A program made the translations under genes and the position numbers. Under the pieces are notes generated by a model that was given only the letters and a program-made list of their open reading frames with translations, was not told where the DNA came from and did not search any database. From assembly GCA_034530875.2 (NCBI GenBank), contig JAVRCJ020000018.1:1-64000 (forward strand): a stretch of 64,000 nt of DNA, read 5' to 3'. This document shows, piece by piece, positions 1-10,886 of this stretch. This DNA comes from Nostoc sp. DedSLP01. Its GTDB lineage: Bacteria; Cyanobacteriota; Cyanobacteriia; Cyanobacteriales; Nostocaceae. The number at the start of each line of letters is the position of its first letter. Positions within the stretch are counted from its first letter, which is position 1.

Positions 1-2
1 TA

Positions 3-2915
3 GATAATGTAGAGACTATTTTGCAAACAGGTGCTTATGCTGGATGTTATCGACAAGGCTATGAGGATTACGGTTTATTAATCAAACGATTGGGGCAAGT
101 CATGCATCAAAGTTCCTTGCTGCTGACTTCACGCGAAAAACCCAAAGACGTGGCAGCAGACGAAGGACAAGCACTACCTATTCGTTCGTTACAACTAAGG
201 GGTTTGAAAGAGGAAGAAGGAAAAAAAATTTTTCGCCTCAAAAAGCTATCTGGCCCAGAGTCTCAAGAAAAAGCACTGATTGAGCTTTATTCTGGTAATC
301 CATTGGCTTTGAAGATAGTTGCAACGACTATTCAAGATGTCTTCAATGGTGATATTAGTGAATTTTTGAGCCAAAAAACAGCTATTTTTGGCGATCTCTG
401 CACTGTTTTAGAGCAGCAGTTTGAGCGTTTATCTGATTTAGAGCGTGTGGTGATGTACTGGCTGGCAATTAATCGTGAGTCCATTCTACTGAGCAATTTG
501 CAAGAAGATTTAGCTTCATTAGCAATACCACACAAGTTATTAGAAGCTGTAGAGTCTTCGATCGGGAGAAGTCTCATTGATAAATTTCAGCCATCGCTAA
601 ATGAAAAGAGTGGTTTACTCTTCACATTACACTCTGTAGTGATGGAATATGTGACTAGCAAATTAATTCAGCAAACTTATCAAGAAATTGTAACTCAGAA
701 TATTGTCTTTCTTAAGTATTATGCTTTGAGTAAAGCTCAATCCAAGGATTTCATTAGAGAAACTCAAGTCCGCTTAATTATTAAACCAGTTATAGATCGA
801 CTTTTGACTATTTTTAAAACCTCAAGAAAAGTAGAAAATCATTTAAATGAAATTTTAGTTAAGTTGCAAAGAGACTTTCCACTTGAACCTGGGTATGCAA
901 GCGGGAATATTCTCAACTTACTTCGTCAATTAAAGGCAGATTTCAGAGGTTATGATTTTTCTAACCTCAGCGTTTGGCAAGTAGATATGCGGGGTGTAAA
1001 TTTACCAGAAGTCAATTTCAAAAACGCTAATTTATCTAAATCGGTTTTTACTAAAAATTTCAGTAAAATTTCTGCGGTTGCATTTAGCCCCAACGGTGAA
1101 ATTTTAGCAGCGAGTGATGCAAATGGCAAAATTTGCTTGTGGCGAGACTTTGCTGAGGGCGAACCACTTTTGACTTGTCTAGGACACATTGATTGGGTTC
1201 GAGCGATCGCCTTCAGTCCAAATGGTAGCACTCTTTGCAGTGGAGGTATTGACCAGAATGTGAAATTGTGGGATGTCAACACAGGTGAATGTTTGAAAAC
1301 TTTAACAGGACATCCCGATCGGGTACGAAGTATTGCCTTTAGTCCTCAAGGTGAAATTCTAGCTTCTGGCAGCGACGATTGGGCAGTACGTTTATGGAAT
1401 ATTTCAGACAATAAATGTTACAAAATATTGCAAGAGCATACTGATATAATATTGTCTGTAGTTTTTAGTCCTAAAGGTAATATTCTCGCCAGTGGTAGTA
1501 GCGATAAAACCGTAAAGCTATGGAATTTCCGCACAGGAGAATGCGTTAAAACATTACACGGACATACCAGCTCGGTTTTCTCAGTTGCTTTCAATCCTAA
1601 AGGTAAGACCTTGGTTAGTGGTAGTGATGACCAAACTGTGAAACTCTGGAGTATCTCCGATGGAAAGTGCCTGAGAACTTTCCAAGGACATAGTGACACA
1701 GTTAGGTCAGTCGCCTTTGCTTCTAATGGTAATATTATGGCTAGCGGCAGTGATGACCAAACTGTGAAGCTATGGAATTGCCGCACAGGAGAATGCGTTA
1801 AAACATTGCACGGACACACAAGTTCTATCTGGTCTGTTGTTTTCAGTCCAGATGGTCAAACTTTAGTCAGTGGTAGTGATGACCAAACTGTGAGGTTTTG
1901 GGATGTTAGCACTGGTCAAGCCTTAAGAAACTTGCAGGGATACAATAATGGGGTATGGTCTGTTGCCTTTGCTCCTAGCGGTCAGACCGTAATTAGCAGC
2001 AGCAATGACCAAACTGTAAAACTTTGGGATGTCGCGGATGGGAGATGCTACGAAACTTTGCAAGGACATCCTAATCGAGTCAGAACTGTTGCTTTTAGTC
2101 CTCAAGGTAATATCTTGGCAAGTGGCAGTTACGATCGACTTGTAAGGCTGTGGGATAGCACCACTTGTCAATGCTACAACATCTTACGGGGACATACTGG
2201 TTGGGTAAAGTCAGTTGCCTTTGCTCCTGGAGGTAAAATTCTCGCCAGTGGCAGTGATGACAAAACTGTAAGACTTTGGGATGTCAACACTGGTCAAGTT
2301 TTGAAGATTTTGGAACACAGTCATGGGGTTTGGTCGGTTGCTTTCAGTCCTCAAGGTAATATCCTGGCTAGTGGTAGTGACGATCGCACAGTCAAGCTCT
2401 GGAATATTAACACGAGTGAATGTCTCAAAATTCTGACGGGACATATAAGTTGGGTATTGTCTGTCACTTTCAGTCCTGAAGGTGAGACATTAGCCAGTAG
2501 CAGTAAAGATAAAACAGTGAAGCTTTGGGATGTTAGCACAGGCCAGTGTCTCAAAATCTTGTTGGGGCACACAAGCTGGGTATTGTCCGTTGCTTTTAGT
2601 CATGATGGTAAACTTCTGGCTAGCGGTAGTGTAGATCGAACGATAAGGTTGTGGGATGTCCAATCTGGTCAATGTATCAAAACTTTGCATGGTCATACCC
2701 ACTGGGTAAGATCGGTTGCTTTTAGTCCCGATAGTCGAACTCTGGTAAGTGGCAGCGAAGATGAAACTGTTAAATTATGGGATGTTTTGACGGGTGAATG
2801 CCTAAAAACTTTAAGAAACGCAAGACCTTATGAGGGAATGAATATTACTGGTGTTACAGGTTTAACCCAAGCAACTATTACTTCTTTAAAAGTTTTAGGA
2901 GCAATTGAGAATTAA
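3..2915 (+). CDS. NB-ARC/STAND NTPase-pentapeptide-WD40 repeat protein, 5'-truncated by window edge
   Basis: Frame is open from base 3 (DNVETIL = Walker B region). Contains LLLTSRE and GNPLAL (GxP) motifs, pentapeptide-like [13 protein letters not shown], and ~14 WD40 repeats (GH...V.SVAFSP.G..LASGS.D.TVKLWD). Confidence 0.93.
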   Translation, partial: DNVETILQTGAYAGCYRQGYEDYGLLIKRLGQVMHQSSLLLTSREKPKDVAADEGQALPIRSLQLRGLKEEEGKKIFRLKKLSGPESQEKALIELYSGNPLALKIVATTIQDVFNGDISEFLSQKTAIFGDLCTVLEQQFERLSDLERVVMYWLAINRESILLSNLQEDLASLAIPHKLLEAVESSIGRSLIDKFQPSLNEKSGLLFTLHSVVMEYVTSKLIQQTYQEIVTQNIVFLKYYALSKAQSKDFIRETQVRLIIKPVIDRLLTIFKTSRKVENHLNEILVKLQRDFPLEPGYASGNILNLLRQLKADFRGYDFSNLSVWQVDMRGVNLPEVNFKNANLSKSVFTKNFSKISAVAFSPNGEILAASDANGKICLWRDFAEGEPLLTCLGHIDWVRAIAFSPNGSTLCSGGIDQNVKLWDVNTGECLKTLTGHPDRVRSIAFSPQGEILASGSDDWAVRLWNISDNKCYKILQEHTDIILSVVFSPKGNILASGSSDKTVKLWNFRTGECVKTLHGHTSSVFSVAFNPKGKTLVSGSDDQTVKLWSISDGKCLRTFQGHSDTVRSVAFASNGNIMASGSDDQTVKLWNCRTGECVKTLHGHTSSIWSVVFSPDGQTLVSGSDDQTVRFWDVSTGQALRNLQGYNNGVWSVAFAPSGQTVISSSNDQTVKLWDVADGRCYETLQGHPNRVRTVAFSPQGNILASGSYDRLVRLWDSTTCQCYNILRGHTGWVKSVAFAPGGKILASGSDDKTVRLWDVNTGQVLKILEHSHGVWSVAFSPQGNILASGSDDRTVKLWNINTSECLKILTGHISWVLSVTFSPEGETLASSSKDKTVKLWDVSTGQCLKILLGHTSWVLSVAFSHDGKLLASGSVDRTIRLWDVQSGQCIKTLHGHTHWVRSVAFSPDSRTLVSGSEDETVKLWDVLTGECLKTLRNARPYEGMNITGVTGLTQATITSLKVLGAIEN

Positions 2916-3689
2916 TTTTCTCTTTGCCTTGACTTCGCTTCACTTTGTGCTAAGTGTGGAGCTAAGGGACGGCTTTTGAATTTATTCATTGCATATATAA
3001 AATTACCGAGGTTTGAAAACCCATAAGCTGTTGCGTATTTAACTTACTTGCATAAATTGGAGATTTGCTGTCTGTTTTAGATACTTGGGGACTTTGTTCT
3101 CAAAAATTAAATGTATGAGAGCTGATTGGTAAAGAAAATCTTAAGGATCCCAAATCATTGCTAGGTCTAAGGTTCAGCAAATAATTGCTTTTTTAACTTC
3201 AATTCTTGAACCCTTACTTGATAAATATTTTACTTCAGTTGACAAATTAGCTTTGACAGGTTTCTACTTCAGTACGGGTTTCCTAAGTTACCAACAAGTG
3301 ACCGTTGAAATATTTTTAAGCGATGCAATTAGTAGTATTTTTGTAGCCATTGTAATTGACTTTTAAAAAATTTTAAATTATTATTCAGTAGGGAATGGAA
3401 AATTACCAAGTAATAAAAATAGACTAAAAATTCAAATCAGCCAAATTAAATTTGGTTATATATAATCAAGTATTCTTAATTCTATATAATCAATATTTAT
3501 ATATAAACAAAGTATGAATTGTATGTATTAATTTTCAATTAGCTATTAGTCTGCTACGAATAGATTTTTCACTGAAGAATCTCAACTAATTCAAGCTCTT
3601 GTTATCTTTTGGTTTTAATTATCTAAAATTATATTTATGAAATAGTTGCTGGAATTGGGTTTTAGAAATACAATTCTTTCTCAGAAATT

Positions 3690-6600
3690 ATGAAACCGGA
3701 GAAACCCAAACGCAATCGCGGGCTGATACTGACTCGTGAAGGCTGGCAAAAGCTTCAGAATGCGAAACTTGAGTGGGAATTTAGGGAAAATAATGGCTCC
3801 AAATCCACTTTAGAAGAATTAAGCGAACAAGCCGGGATCACTCCTGTCACCTTAAGAAAGATACTCACTCGTGAAACTGGGGTTGACAAACGGACGCTTG
3901 TTCGTTTGTTTATGATGTTTAATTTAGAATTAGCTCAAAGTGATTATACAAGCCCAGACTCTGATTTAAAGGATCGAAAAGCCTCGAAAGTCTCCAAACG
4001 TGTTGATTGGAGAGACATGGTGGATGTATCTGTTTTTTATGGACGCACAGATGAACTGGCTATTTTGGAGCAATGGCTGTACCAGGAACGCTGTCGAGTA
4101 GTGGCGCTGCTGGGAATGGGAGGAATTGGTAAAACAACTCTTGCTGCCAAATTAGCACAAAACGTTCAAGCTAGGTTTGAATATGGGATTTGGCGATCGC
4201 TCTACAATGCTCCCCCACTTTTTGACCTGTTAGTAAATTTAATTAAGTTTTTCTCTGACGACCGGGTTTTAGAATCTGACTTAGCAAAAACTGTAGATGG
4301 CAGAATCTCACAACTGATTGAATATTTACAACAACAGCAGTGTCTAATCGTATTAGATAATGTAGAGACTATTTTGCAAACAGGTGCTTATGCTGGATGT
4401 TATCGACAAGGCTATGAGGATTACGGTTTACTAATTAAACGATTGGGGCAAGTCATGCATCAAAGCTCCTTGGTGCTGACTTCACGCGAAAAACCCAAAG
4501 ACATAGCCTTACTCGAAGGAGAAACACTGGCTGTTCGCTCGTTGCAACTCAATGGTTTAGAGGTAGTTGCAGGGCAAAAAATCTTTGAAGCCAAAGGTTT
4601 TTCTGGCTCAGAGTCAGAATTACCAGCAGTAGTTGAGCGTTACGCTGGTAATGCCCTAGCATTGAAGATAATTGCGACAACTATACGAGATGTTTTTGAT
4701 GGTAATATTGCGGAATTTCTGCAACATTACACCGCTGTTTTTGGTAATATTCGCGATCTGCTAGACCAGCAGTTTTCGCGCTTGGCAAATTTAGAGAAAG
4801 ATATAATGTACTGGCTAGCAATCAATCGCGAGCCAGTTTCGCTATCAGAAATACGAGAGGATATTGTATCACCAATTCCACCACAAAATTTACTCGAAGC
4901 TCTGGAGTCTTTGGTAAGGCGATCTCTAATCGAGAAGGCTTCGCCTACGCTAGTTGAGAAAAACACACCACTCTTTACGCTGCAACCTGTAGTCATGGAG
5001 TATGTGACTCAGCGATTAATAGAGATAGTTTGTCAGGAAATTGAAACTCAGAATCTCGATCTGTTTAGGTGTCATGCCCTCATAAAGGCGACAGCAAAAG
5101 ACTATGTAAAAGAGATTCAAATTCGCCTCATCCTCAAACCAATTATAGATGGGTTGCTCGCTGTCTTAAGAAGCAAAAGAAACCTGGAAAATCAACTGAC
5201 TCAAATTATCGCAAGGCTACAAGAAACATCACCTCTAGAACAAAGTTATACAGCTGGGAATATTCTTAATTTGCTTTGTCATCTAGAGACCGATCTTAGT
5301 GGCTATGATTTTTCTCATCTCAGTATTTGGCAAGCAGACCTGCGGAATGTGAAATTGCACAATGTAAATTTTAAAAACGCCAATTTTGATAAGTCTGTTT
5401 TTACTGAAACCTTTGGTGGCGTTATGTCGGTAGCCTTTAGCCCTGATGGGAAACTTTTGGCTTTGGGTGATACCAATAGTGAGATTCGCTTGTACCAAGT
5501 TGCAGATTGGAAACAAATTTTTACTTGTAAGGGACATAGCAACTGGGTTGTGTCACTTGCTTTTAGTCCTGATGGCAAAACTCTTGCCAGCGGTAGTGCT
5601 GACTCTACTGTGAAACTGTGGAATATCATTACAGGTGAATGCATCCAAACCTTTAGAGAACATAATAATACTGAAGTTTGGTCGGTAGCTTTTAGTCCGG
5701 ATGGTAACACCCTAGTAAGTGGCAGTAATGACTATCTGGTGAGGCTATGGAATGTTAGCACTGGTGAATGCCTGAGAATTTTTCGGGGGCATACAAGTTG
5801 GGTAATCTGTGTGGCCTTTCATCCGGATAGTCAAACGCTGTTAAGCGGCAGTGATGATGATACGATTAGATTGTGGGATGTTAGGACTGGTGAATGCCTG
5901 AAAGTTTTCCAGGGTCATCGCGATGGAATACGGTCAATCGGTATTCATCCTGATGGTCGCACAATAGCCAGTAGCAGTGATGACCAAACAGTGAAGTTAT
6001 GGTGCTTGAACGCTGGTGAATGTATCAAAACTCTACAGGGGCATTATGCCACGATCTGGTCAGTTGCCTTTAGTTCTCAAGGTAATCTCATCGCTACCGG
6101 CAGTCACGACCAAACAGTAAAGGTATGGAATGTTAATACTGGTGAATGTATTAAAACTCTTCAGGGTCATTCTGGTTGGGTGTTTTCCGTTGTTTTTAGC
6201 AAGCAAGGGGATTTTCTTGCCAGTGGCGGTGATGACCAAACAGTGAAGATATGGAACGTTAACACTGGCGAATGTCTAAAAACTCTCAGCGGATATACTA
6301 GTCAGGTTTGGTCAGTTGCTTATAATTTGGATGGTTGGATTTTGGCAAGTGGCAGTCACGACTGCATAGTAAGGTTGTGGAATGTCAATACTGGTCAAAC
6401 CTTGCAAACTCTGCAAAGCCATCGTGCCCCAGTTCGAGCGGTTGCGTTTAGTCCAAATGGTCAAAGACTGGCAAGTGGTAGCGACGATCGAACGGTAAAA
6501 TTGTGGAATGTTAATACAGGTCAAGCCTTACAAACTTTCCAGGGACATCGCGCTCTAGTCTGGTCAGTTGCGTTTAGTCCAGATGGTCAAATACTGGCAA

Positions 6601-7274
6601 GCGGCAGTGGAGATCAAACAGTAAGGTTGTGGGATGTTAATACGGGGCAAGCCTTGCAAACTTTCGAGGGACATCGTGCTGTAGTCCAATCAGTTGCTTT
6701 CAGTCCTCAAGGAAAAACCCTAGCGAGTGGCGCTTGGGATCAGACAGTCAAGCTGTGGGATATTAGTACTGGTGAGTGTAAAGGAACATTACAGGGGCAT
6801 AAGAATTGGGTTTGGTCAATTGCCTTTAGTCCAGATGGTCAATTGCTAGCAAGTGCCAGCTACGATGGAAAAATCAGGTTATGGAATATTAGTACTGGTA
6901 GCTGTCTTAAAACTTTTGAGGTTTGTGCGAATGGTATCGTTAAAGCAGTCATCTTTAGTCAGGACGGTCAGACTCTAGCCAGTAGTAGTCCCGATTACAC
7001 AGTAAAATTATGGGATGTGAATACAGGCGAATGCAAAAAAACATTGCGCGGACATTCAGCTTGGATTTGGTCAGTTGTCTTTAGCCCTGATAATCGAACT
7101 TTAGCTAGCAGTGGTGCTGATGAAACAATTCGACTTTGGGATCTGACTACAGGTGAGTGCTTAAGAACCTTAAAAGCTGAAAAATTCTATGAAGGAATGA
7201 ATATCACGGAGATTACAGGCTTAACCACAGGAATCATTGCGACACTGAAAGTATTAGGGGCTTGTGAAAAATAA
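3690..7274 (+). CDS. HTH-NB-ARC-pentapeptide-WD40 STAND protein (1194 aa)
   Basis: N-terminal XRE-like HTH (TLEELSEQAGITPVTLRKIL), Walker A GMGGIGKT, Walker B LIVLDNVE, GNALAL, pentapeptide segment, ~14 WD40 repeats. Confidence 0.95.
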   Translation: MKPEKPKRNRGLILTREGWQKLQNAKLEWEFRENNGSKSTLEELSEQAGITPVTLRKILTRETGVDKRTLVRLFMMFNLELAQSDYTSPDSDLKDRKASKVSKRVDWRDMVDVSVFYGRTDELAILEQWLYQERCRVVALLGMGGIGKTTLAAKLAQNVQARFEYGIWRSLYNAPPLFDLLVNLIKFFSDDRVLESDLAKTVDGRISQLIEYLQQQQCLIVLDNVETILQTGAYAGCYRQGYEDYGLLIKRLGQVMHQSSLVLTSREKPKDIALLEGETLAVRSLQLNGLEVVAGQKIFEAKGFSGSESELPAVVERYAGNALALKIIATTIRDVFDGNIAEFLQHYTAVFGNIRDLLDQQFSRLANLEKDIMYWLAINREPVSLSEIREDIVSPIPPQNLLEALESLVRRSLIEKASPTLVEKNTPLFTLQPVVMEYVTQRLIEIVCQEIETQNLDLFRCHALIKATAKDYVKEIQIRLILKPIIDGLLAVLRSKRNLENQLTQIIARLQETSPLEQSYTAGNILNLLCHLETDLSGYDFSHLSIWQADLRNVKLHNVNFKNANFDKSVFTETFGGVMSVAFSPDGKLLALGDTNSEIRLYQVADWKQIFTCKGHSNWVVSLAFSPDGKTLASGSADSTVKLWNIITGECIQTFREHNNTEVWSVAFSPDGNTLVSGSNDYLVRLWNVSTGECLRIFRGHTSWVICVAFHPDSQTLLSGSDDDTIRLWDVRTGECLKVFQGHRDGIRSIGIHPDGRTIASSSDDQTVKLWCLNAGECIKTLQGHYATIWSVAFSSQGNLIATGSHDQTVKVWNVNTGECIKTLQGHSGWVFSVVFSKQGDFLASGGDDQTVKIWNVNTGECLKTLSGYTSQVWSVAYNLDGWILASGSHDCIVRLWNVNTGQTLQTLQSHRAPVRAVAFSPNGQRLASGSDDRTVKLWNVNTGQALQTFQGHRALVWSVAFSPDGQILASGSGDQTVRLWDVNTGQALQTFEGHRAVVQSVAFSPQGKTLASGAWDQTVKLWDISTGECKGTLQGHKNWVWSIAFSPDGQLLASASYDGKIRLWNISTGSCLKTFEVCANGIVKAVIFSQDGQTLASSSPDYTVKLWDVNTGECKKTLRGHSAWIWSVVFSPDNRTLASSGADETIRLWDLTTGECLRTLKAEKFYEGMNITEITGLTTGIIATLKVLGACEK

Positions 7275-7288
7275 CTCAAATCGAATAG

Positions 7289-7373
7289 ACATCTCCAAAA
7301 AAAATGTGGAGACGTAGCAATGCTACGTCTCTACAGTGTTTTCGGGTAACGCAGAATTAATTTTTGGAGATGT
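7289..7373. repeat. Miniature inverted-repeat element with internal REP-like palindrome; probable bidirectional terminator
   Basis: Ends ACATCTCCAAAAA...TTTTTGGAGATGT enclose the palindrome GAGACGTAGCA-A-TGCTACGTCTC, and it lies between convergent genes. Confidence 0.7.
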
Positions 7374-7381
7374 GTAATCTA

Positions 7382-7561
7382 TTAAAAATCAGCAATGTCG
7401 AGGTCGCTGGGTAATCCTTGTGGAAATTCCTTGATTATAATGTTTTCCAACTCAATCTCCGTATCATTTAACACTTCTAAGCTGCTTTCAATGACGCTGC
7501 TAGGAAAATAGTTAAGGTTTAAAGATTGCTCGTCAATAGGTGTAGTTGCGATGGTATTCAT
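7382..7561 (-). CDS. Unannotated 59-aa acidic peptide (MNTIATTPIDEQSLNLNYFPSSVIESSLEVLNDTEIELENIIIKEFPQGLPSDLDIADF)
   Basis: Hand-translated. AAGGAG RBS 6 nt before the ATG, TAA at 7382-7384, ~100 nt downstream of the HO-like gene on the same strand. Just below the ORF-track size cut-off. Confidence 0.7.
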   Translation of the reverse strand: MNTIATTPIDEQSLNLNYFPSSVIESSLEVLNDTEIELENIIIKEFPQGLPSDLDIADF

Positions 7562-7662
7562 GGTTTTCTCCTTGTAATTGTTCGGAATTGTACTGTTGAA
7601 GTTGTATTGGATGATGTCTCGTTGGTTGTTGGGTTACTGTACGAACAGTTAATAACCAACTC

Positions 7663-8496
7663 TTAGTTGTAGTTTTGTATAGGCTCTAGTAGTTGCAACG
7701 GTTTCAATACATTTTGAATTTCCTCATCTGATATGTAGTCTTCTTTCGGTGGGCTAAAGCGCAACAATGCGGCTTTGTGACAAGCTTTTGCCACACGGAT
7801 CTGCTCCTTGGGAGTAAGTTCTGCAATCATCTCAACCGCCTCCTGTACGTGCTCTACGTCAGTACCAACAGCACTGTGTACGCGCAAGCAACGAGTGGCA
7901 TTTTTTCCCACCAATAACTCTATCCTCTGGATGTATTCCAATCCTCTGCATATCGCTAGGCGTTCGGCCGTATAGGAATAACCTACGCAATCAATTGGAT
8001 CTGAGTCTTGTACAGTTCGGGTAAAGTGATCTACTAAAGCTTTTGCAACTGGAGGAACAAGCACTTCCACAACTGCTTGAGCTTTATATCCCATCGACTG
8101 AATATCCAGCAGAGCAAGTCGATCGTGACCTGCTTCCTCTCTGGCTTTTTTTACAGCCCACTGCGCCAAACTCTCGCGGTCTGCTAAAGCAAAGCCTTGG
8201 GCAGCTTCTTCCATCAGCTCTGGGGTGGAGTGACACAGATGGTAAAGACCTGCGAGCCGCCATACCCATCGTATGGGGGTTAAGGCTGGTGGCGTGCGGT
8301 CTATTTTTACTGTATGCCAAGCAGATACGATCGCCCGATCTAAAAGTTTCTGAGTTTGAGCTATCTTCTGGGCATGGCTGATGCCACCTTTTGCAGAAAT
8401 GGATTGATGCCTTTGAGTGCAGTTAGCAGCCTCGATCGCTGTTTCATCAGGTAAAAAAGACGCTGGGTTGGTTTTAATCAACAAGTCATTACGCAT
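7663..8496 (-). CDS. Heme-oxygenase-like diiron oxidase (iron-containing redox enzyme, CADD/PqqC/TenA fold)
   Basis: Metal-ligand pattern REEAGHD ... YSYTAER ... RVHSAVGTDVEH, matching the E/H/E/H/D/H set of HO-like diiron enzymes. Confidence 0.75.
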   Translation of the reverse strand: MRNDLLIKTNPASFLPDETAIEAANCTQRHQSISAKGGISHAQKIAQTQKLLDRAIVSAWHTVKIDRTPPALTPIRWVWRLAGLYHLCHSTPELMEEAAQGFALADRESLAQWAVKKAREEAGHDRLALLDIQSMGYKAQAVVEVLVPPVAKALVDHFTRTVQDSDPIDCVGYSYTAERLAICRGLEYIQRIELLVGKNATRCLRVHSAVGTDVEHVQEAVEMIAELTPKEQIRVAKACHKAALLRFSPPKEDYISDEEIQNVLKPLQLLEPIQNYN

Positions 8497-8699
8497 AGTT
8501 CGTTTCCTAACTTACGTTTGCTACAGAATTGGGCAAGTCACTCGTGTCAATAATAGAGTTGTTGCTAAATAACTCATGAAATCCAACTACAGTAAGGATT
8601 TCGCCAACGATCAAAATGTAGACATTACACTCTTTGAGCTATTTGACGCTTTATTAAGCGACAATTCCAAAAATTGCCAGTCAAGAATGCTATGAGAAT

Positions 8700-8732
8700 G
8701 CGATCGCCTACGGCGGGCGGTTACGCCATCGC
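8700..8732. repeat. Small dispersed repeat at a HIP1 site
   Basis: GCGATCGC-CTACGGCGGGCGGTTACGCC-ATCGC: a GC-rich mini-element attached to HIP1, like Nostoc small dispersed repeats. Confidence 0.55.
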
Positions 8733-9687
8733 ACTTACCGAAATACTAAATACATATTGCATTTCTATATCTTTCAGAACCTTGACCACCGCCTTGGCGA
8801 TCGAGACATGGCTAATTTGCTGACTTCCTTTGAGAAACACAATATCCAACTGTGAGTTTCACTGGACGTTTACAAGCAAACAGGTAATTAAAGATGACTT
8901 AGATAGCGATAAGATCCCATACCCTTAGGACTTATGTATTGACAGAAACCTAATTGACAAACGGCTTCATTCGTGTATAAGGTTTATGGAAACTAACAGG
9001 AAGCTTTTATTGTATAACTAACAAATCAATTGTTCAGAGGATGTGTTTCATAACCATCCTGCACATTTAATTAGAAGCAACGCTCATTTCGCTCGAAATA
9101 GTGTCAAACAAAGTCCAAACTGCCCTTTAGTTGCAGTGCTGGTGAAAGAAGCAAAGCATGGGCGCTGTCATCTGTCTTCCCTATTGCAAACCCGCGTCAT
9201 CAGGGAACTTTACTTGGACTGGGAGAATTAGAAGTAAATACTCCTGCATTTCTTATCCTGTCAAAGTGCCTTGCTGGTACTCAAAACCGTTCGGTAGGAG
9301 ATTCAATCTGCAACCCAAGGAGGTTATCCAGAGGTAATGGAGACGAATCTAAAGTTTCGCAGCATTACTGGTTGCTCATCTTACGCACCCTCATCTACGT
9401 GGTTGATTGACTGATGCCTCTTGCAGTTAAGTTTGCTAAGTTTACAAAACTTTTGCAACTCAAGATAAGAAACTTAAGATAAAGATAAGTTCTTTTTTTG
9501 CTGTGGCATTCTCCGCTTCAAGTTTAAAGTTGCACAAACAGATATGCTATTTAGTCTAAAAAGCTTGCTAGGTAAGCAATAGCGCGATTTCAGGTTTGAA
9601 GAAACTAGATCTGTAAAAACAAGTTTGGCAAAGCATAACATCTTAGTGCAGCTTTGCATAAGTGCTTAGGAAATTAAATTTGTTAAG

Positions 9688-9848
9688 AGGATGTTTGAAA
9701 AGTCCTATTGTTGGTAGCCAAACACTCTAGATCTCCCTAAATCCCTCTTAAAAAGAGGGACTTTGATTCTGGTTCCCCCCTTAAAAAGGGGGGTTAGGGG
9801 GGATCTAGAAACGCGTAAAATTACAGCCAACCACTTTTCAAACAACCT
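9688..9848. mobile_element. MITE-like element
   Basis: 16-bp terminal inverted repeats AGGATGTTTGAAAAGT / ACTTTTCAAACAACCT (1 mismatch) with internal CCCC-TTAAAAA-GGGG hairpins. A related right end occurs at ~53663-53679. Confidence 0.75.
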
Positions 9849-10886
9849 GTAAGACTATGCCCTATCTTGGGCTTATTTTGCATCCTCACCCTACCTTACC
9901 TACGAGATACCAGGGCGAACAGAAAGCAAGCTCAACGTCTTGTTTGCAACTTCTCTGTAAGTTTAAATTTACACGACTCAGATCTGATTTGTAAAGAAAA
10001 TCTTAAGGAAATCCAATTTATTGCTGGGCATAACTTTCAGAGAATAAACTCTTGAGAAGGCTGCTTTAAATAACGGGTTGCTTGAGGATAGTACAAGATG
10101 CAAATTTTAGCAAAGTTAGCAAAATCTATTATTTACATTTACGATCGCCTAAAAACCGCTTCAGTTGGTATTTTGCCTACAATCTAACTGAAAAACATAA
10201 ACTTTTCGGCTTAAGTTTTCTATCTTAACTGGTTAAAACCAATCTTGAGATAGATAATTTTACGCAAAGCCCTTGAGAGAAGTACCCACTCTCAAGATCT
10301 GCGATCGCTAACTTACTCGGTTATATCCCCCAATTCATGCACCGGGGGCTTTTCCCTTTAATTTCCGTGGCTGCTATATGTAAACATTCTGGACAACAAC
10401 CTTTTTGCTTTTGGATTCCTTTTTAGTAAAGAGCATACCCTTAGCAAAATCTTAATTTTTTTTACAGTATATTAAGTCTCAGAATAAATATCATAATAGT
10501 GCTTCCAGGAAAACAAATTAAAACTTTGTAAAAAGTTTTTTTATCGGTATTGATGTTTTGATAGCCAGCCCTTTCAATCTGGTGAAATTCATCCTGATTT
10601 TTTCAGTTTCAAGCCTTATTACACATCGATTTAGTGTTAACGCCATCTAAAAAATCAGATGCCGCACAGTCAAGATAAAAAAGTTATTAGCTTTATAACT
10701 CTTTGGCATCTTGCCCAGTTGTCAGCTTGACAACTAGCTTTATGAAAGCTCCCCCACGTTAATACTAATTCAAGATAAGGTTGCACACAAAAACTGGTTA
10801 GCCAAACTCCTCTAAAAAAGGATTATAGGCATTCGCGATCGAGTGCATAGACAGAAAAAATGGGTTGAAGATTGTAGAGGGTTGAA

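Noticed and set aside
3180..3311. Leader-like AT-rich DNA followed by GTTTCCTAAGTTACCAACAAGTGACCGTTGAAAT, resembling a CRISPR repeat
   Set aside because: Single copy, no spacer-repeat periodicity, and no cas genes in the window.
950..6524. Multiple antisense ORFs over the WD40 genes
   Set aside because: Shadow frames caused by repetitive WD40 codon patterns; no RBS or independent motifs.
9000..9420. Possible group II intron or riboswitch fragment
   Set aside because: No GUGYG 5' end, domain V or RT ORF recognisable, and no convincing aptamer consensus.
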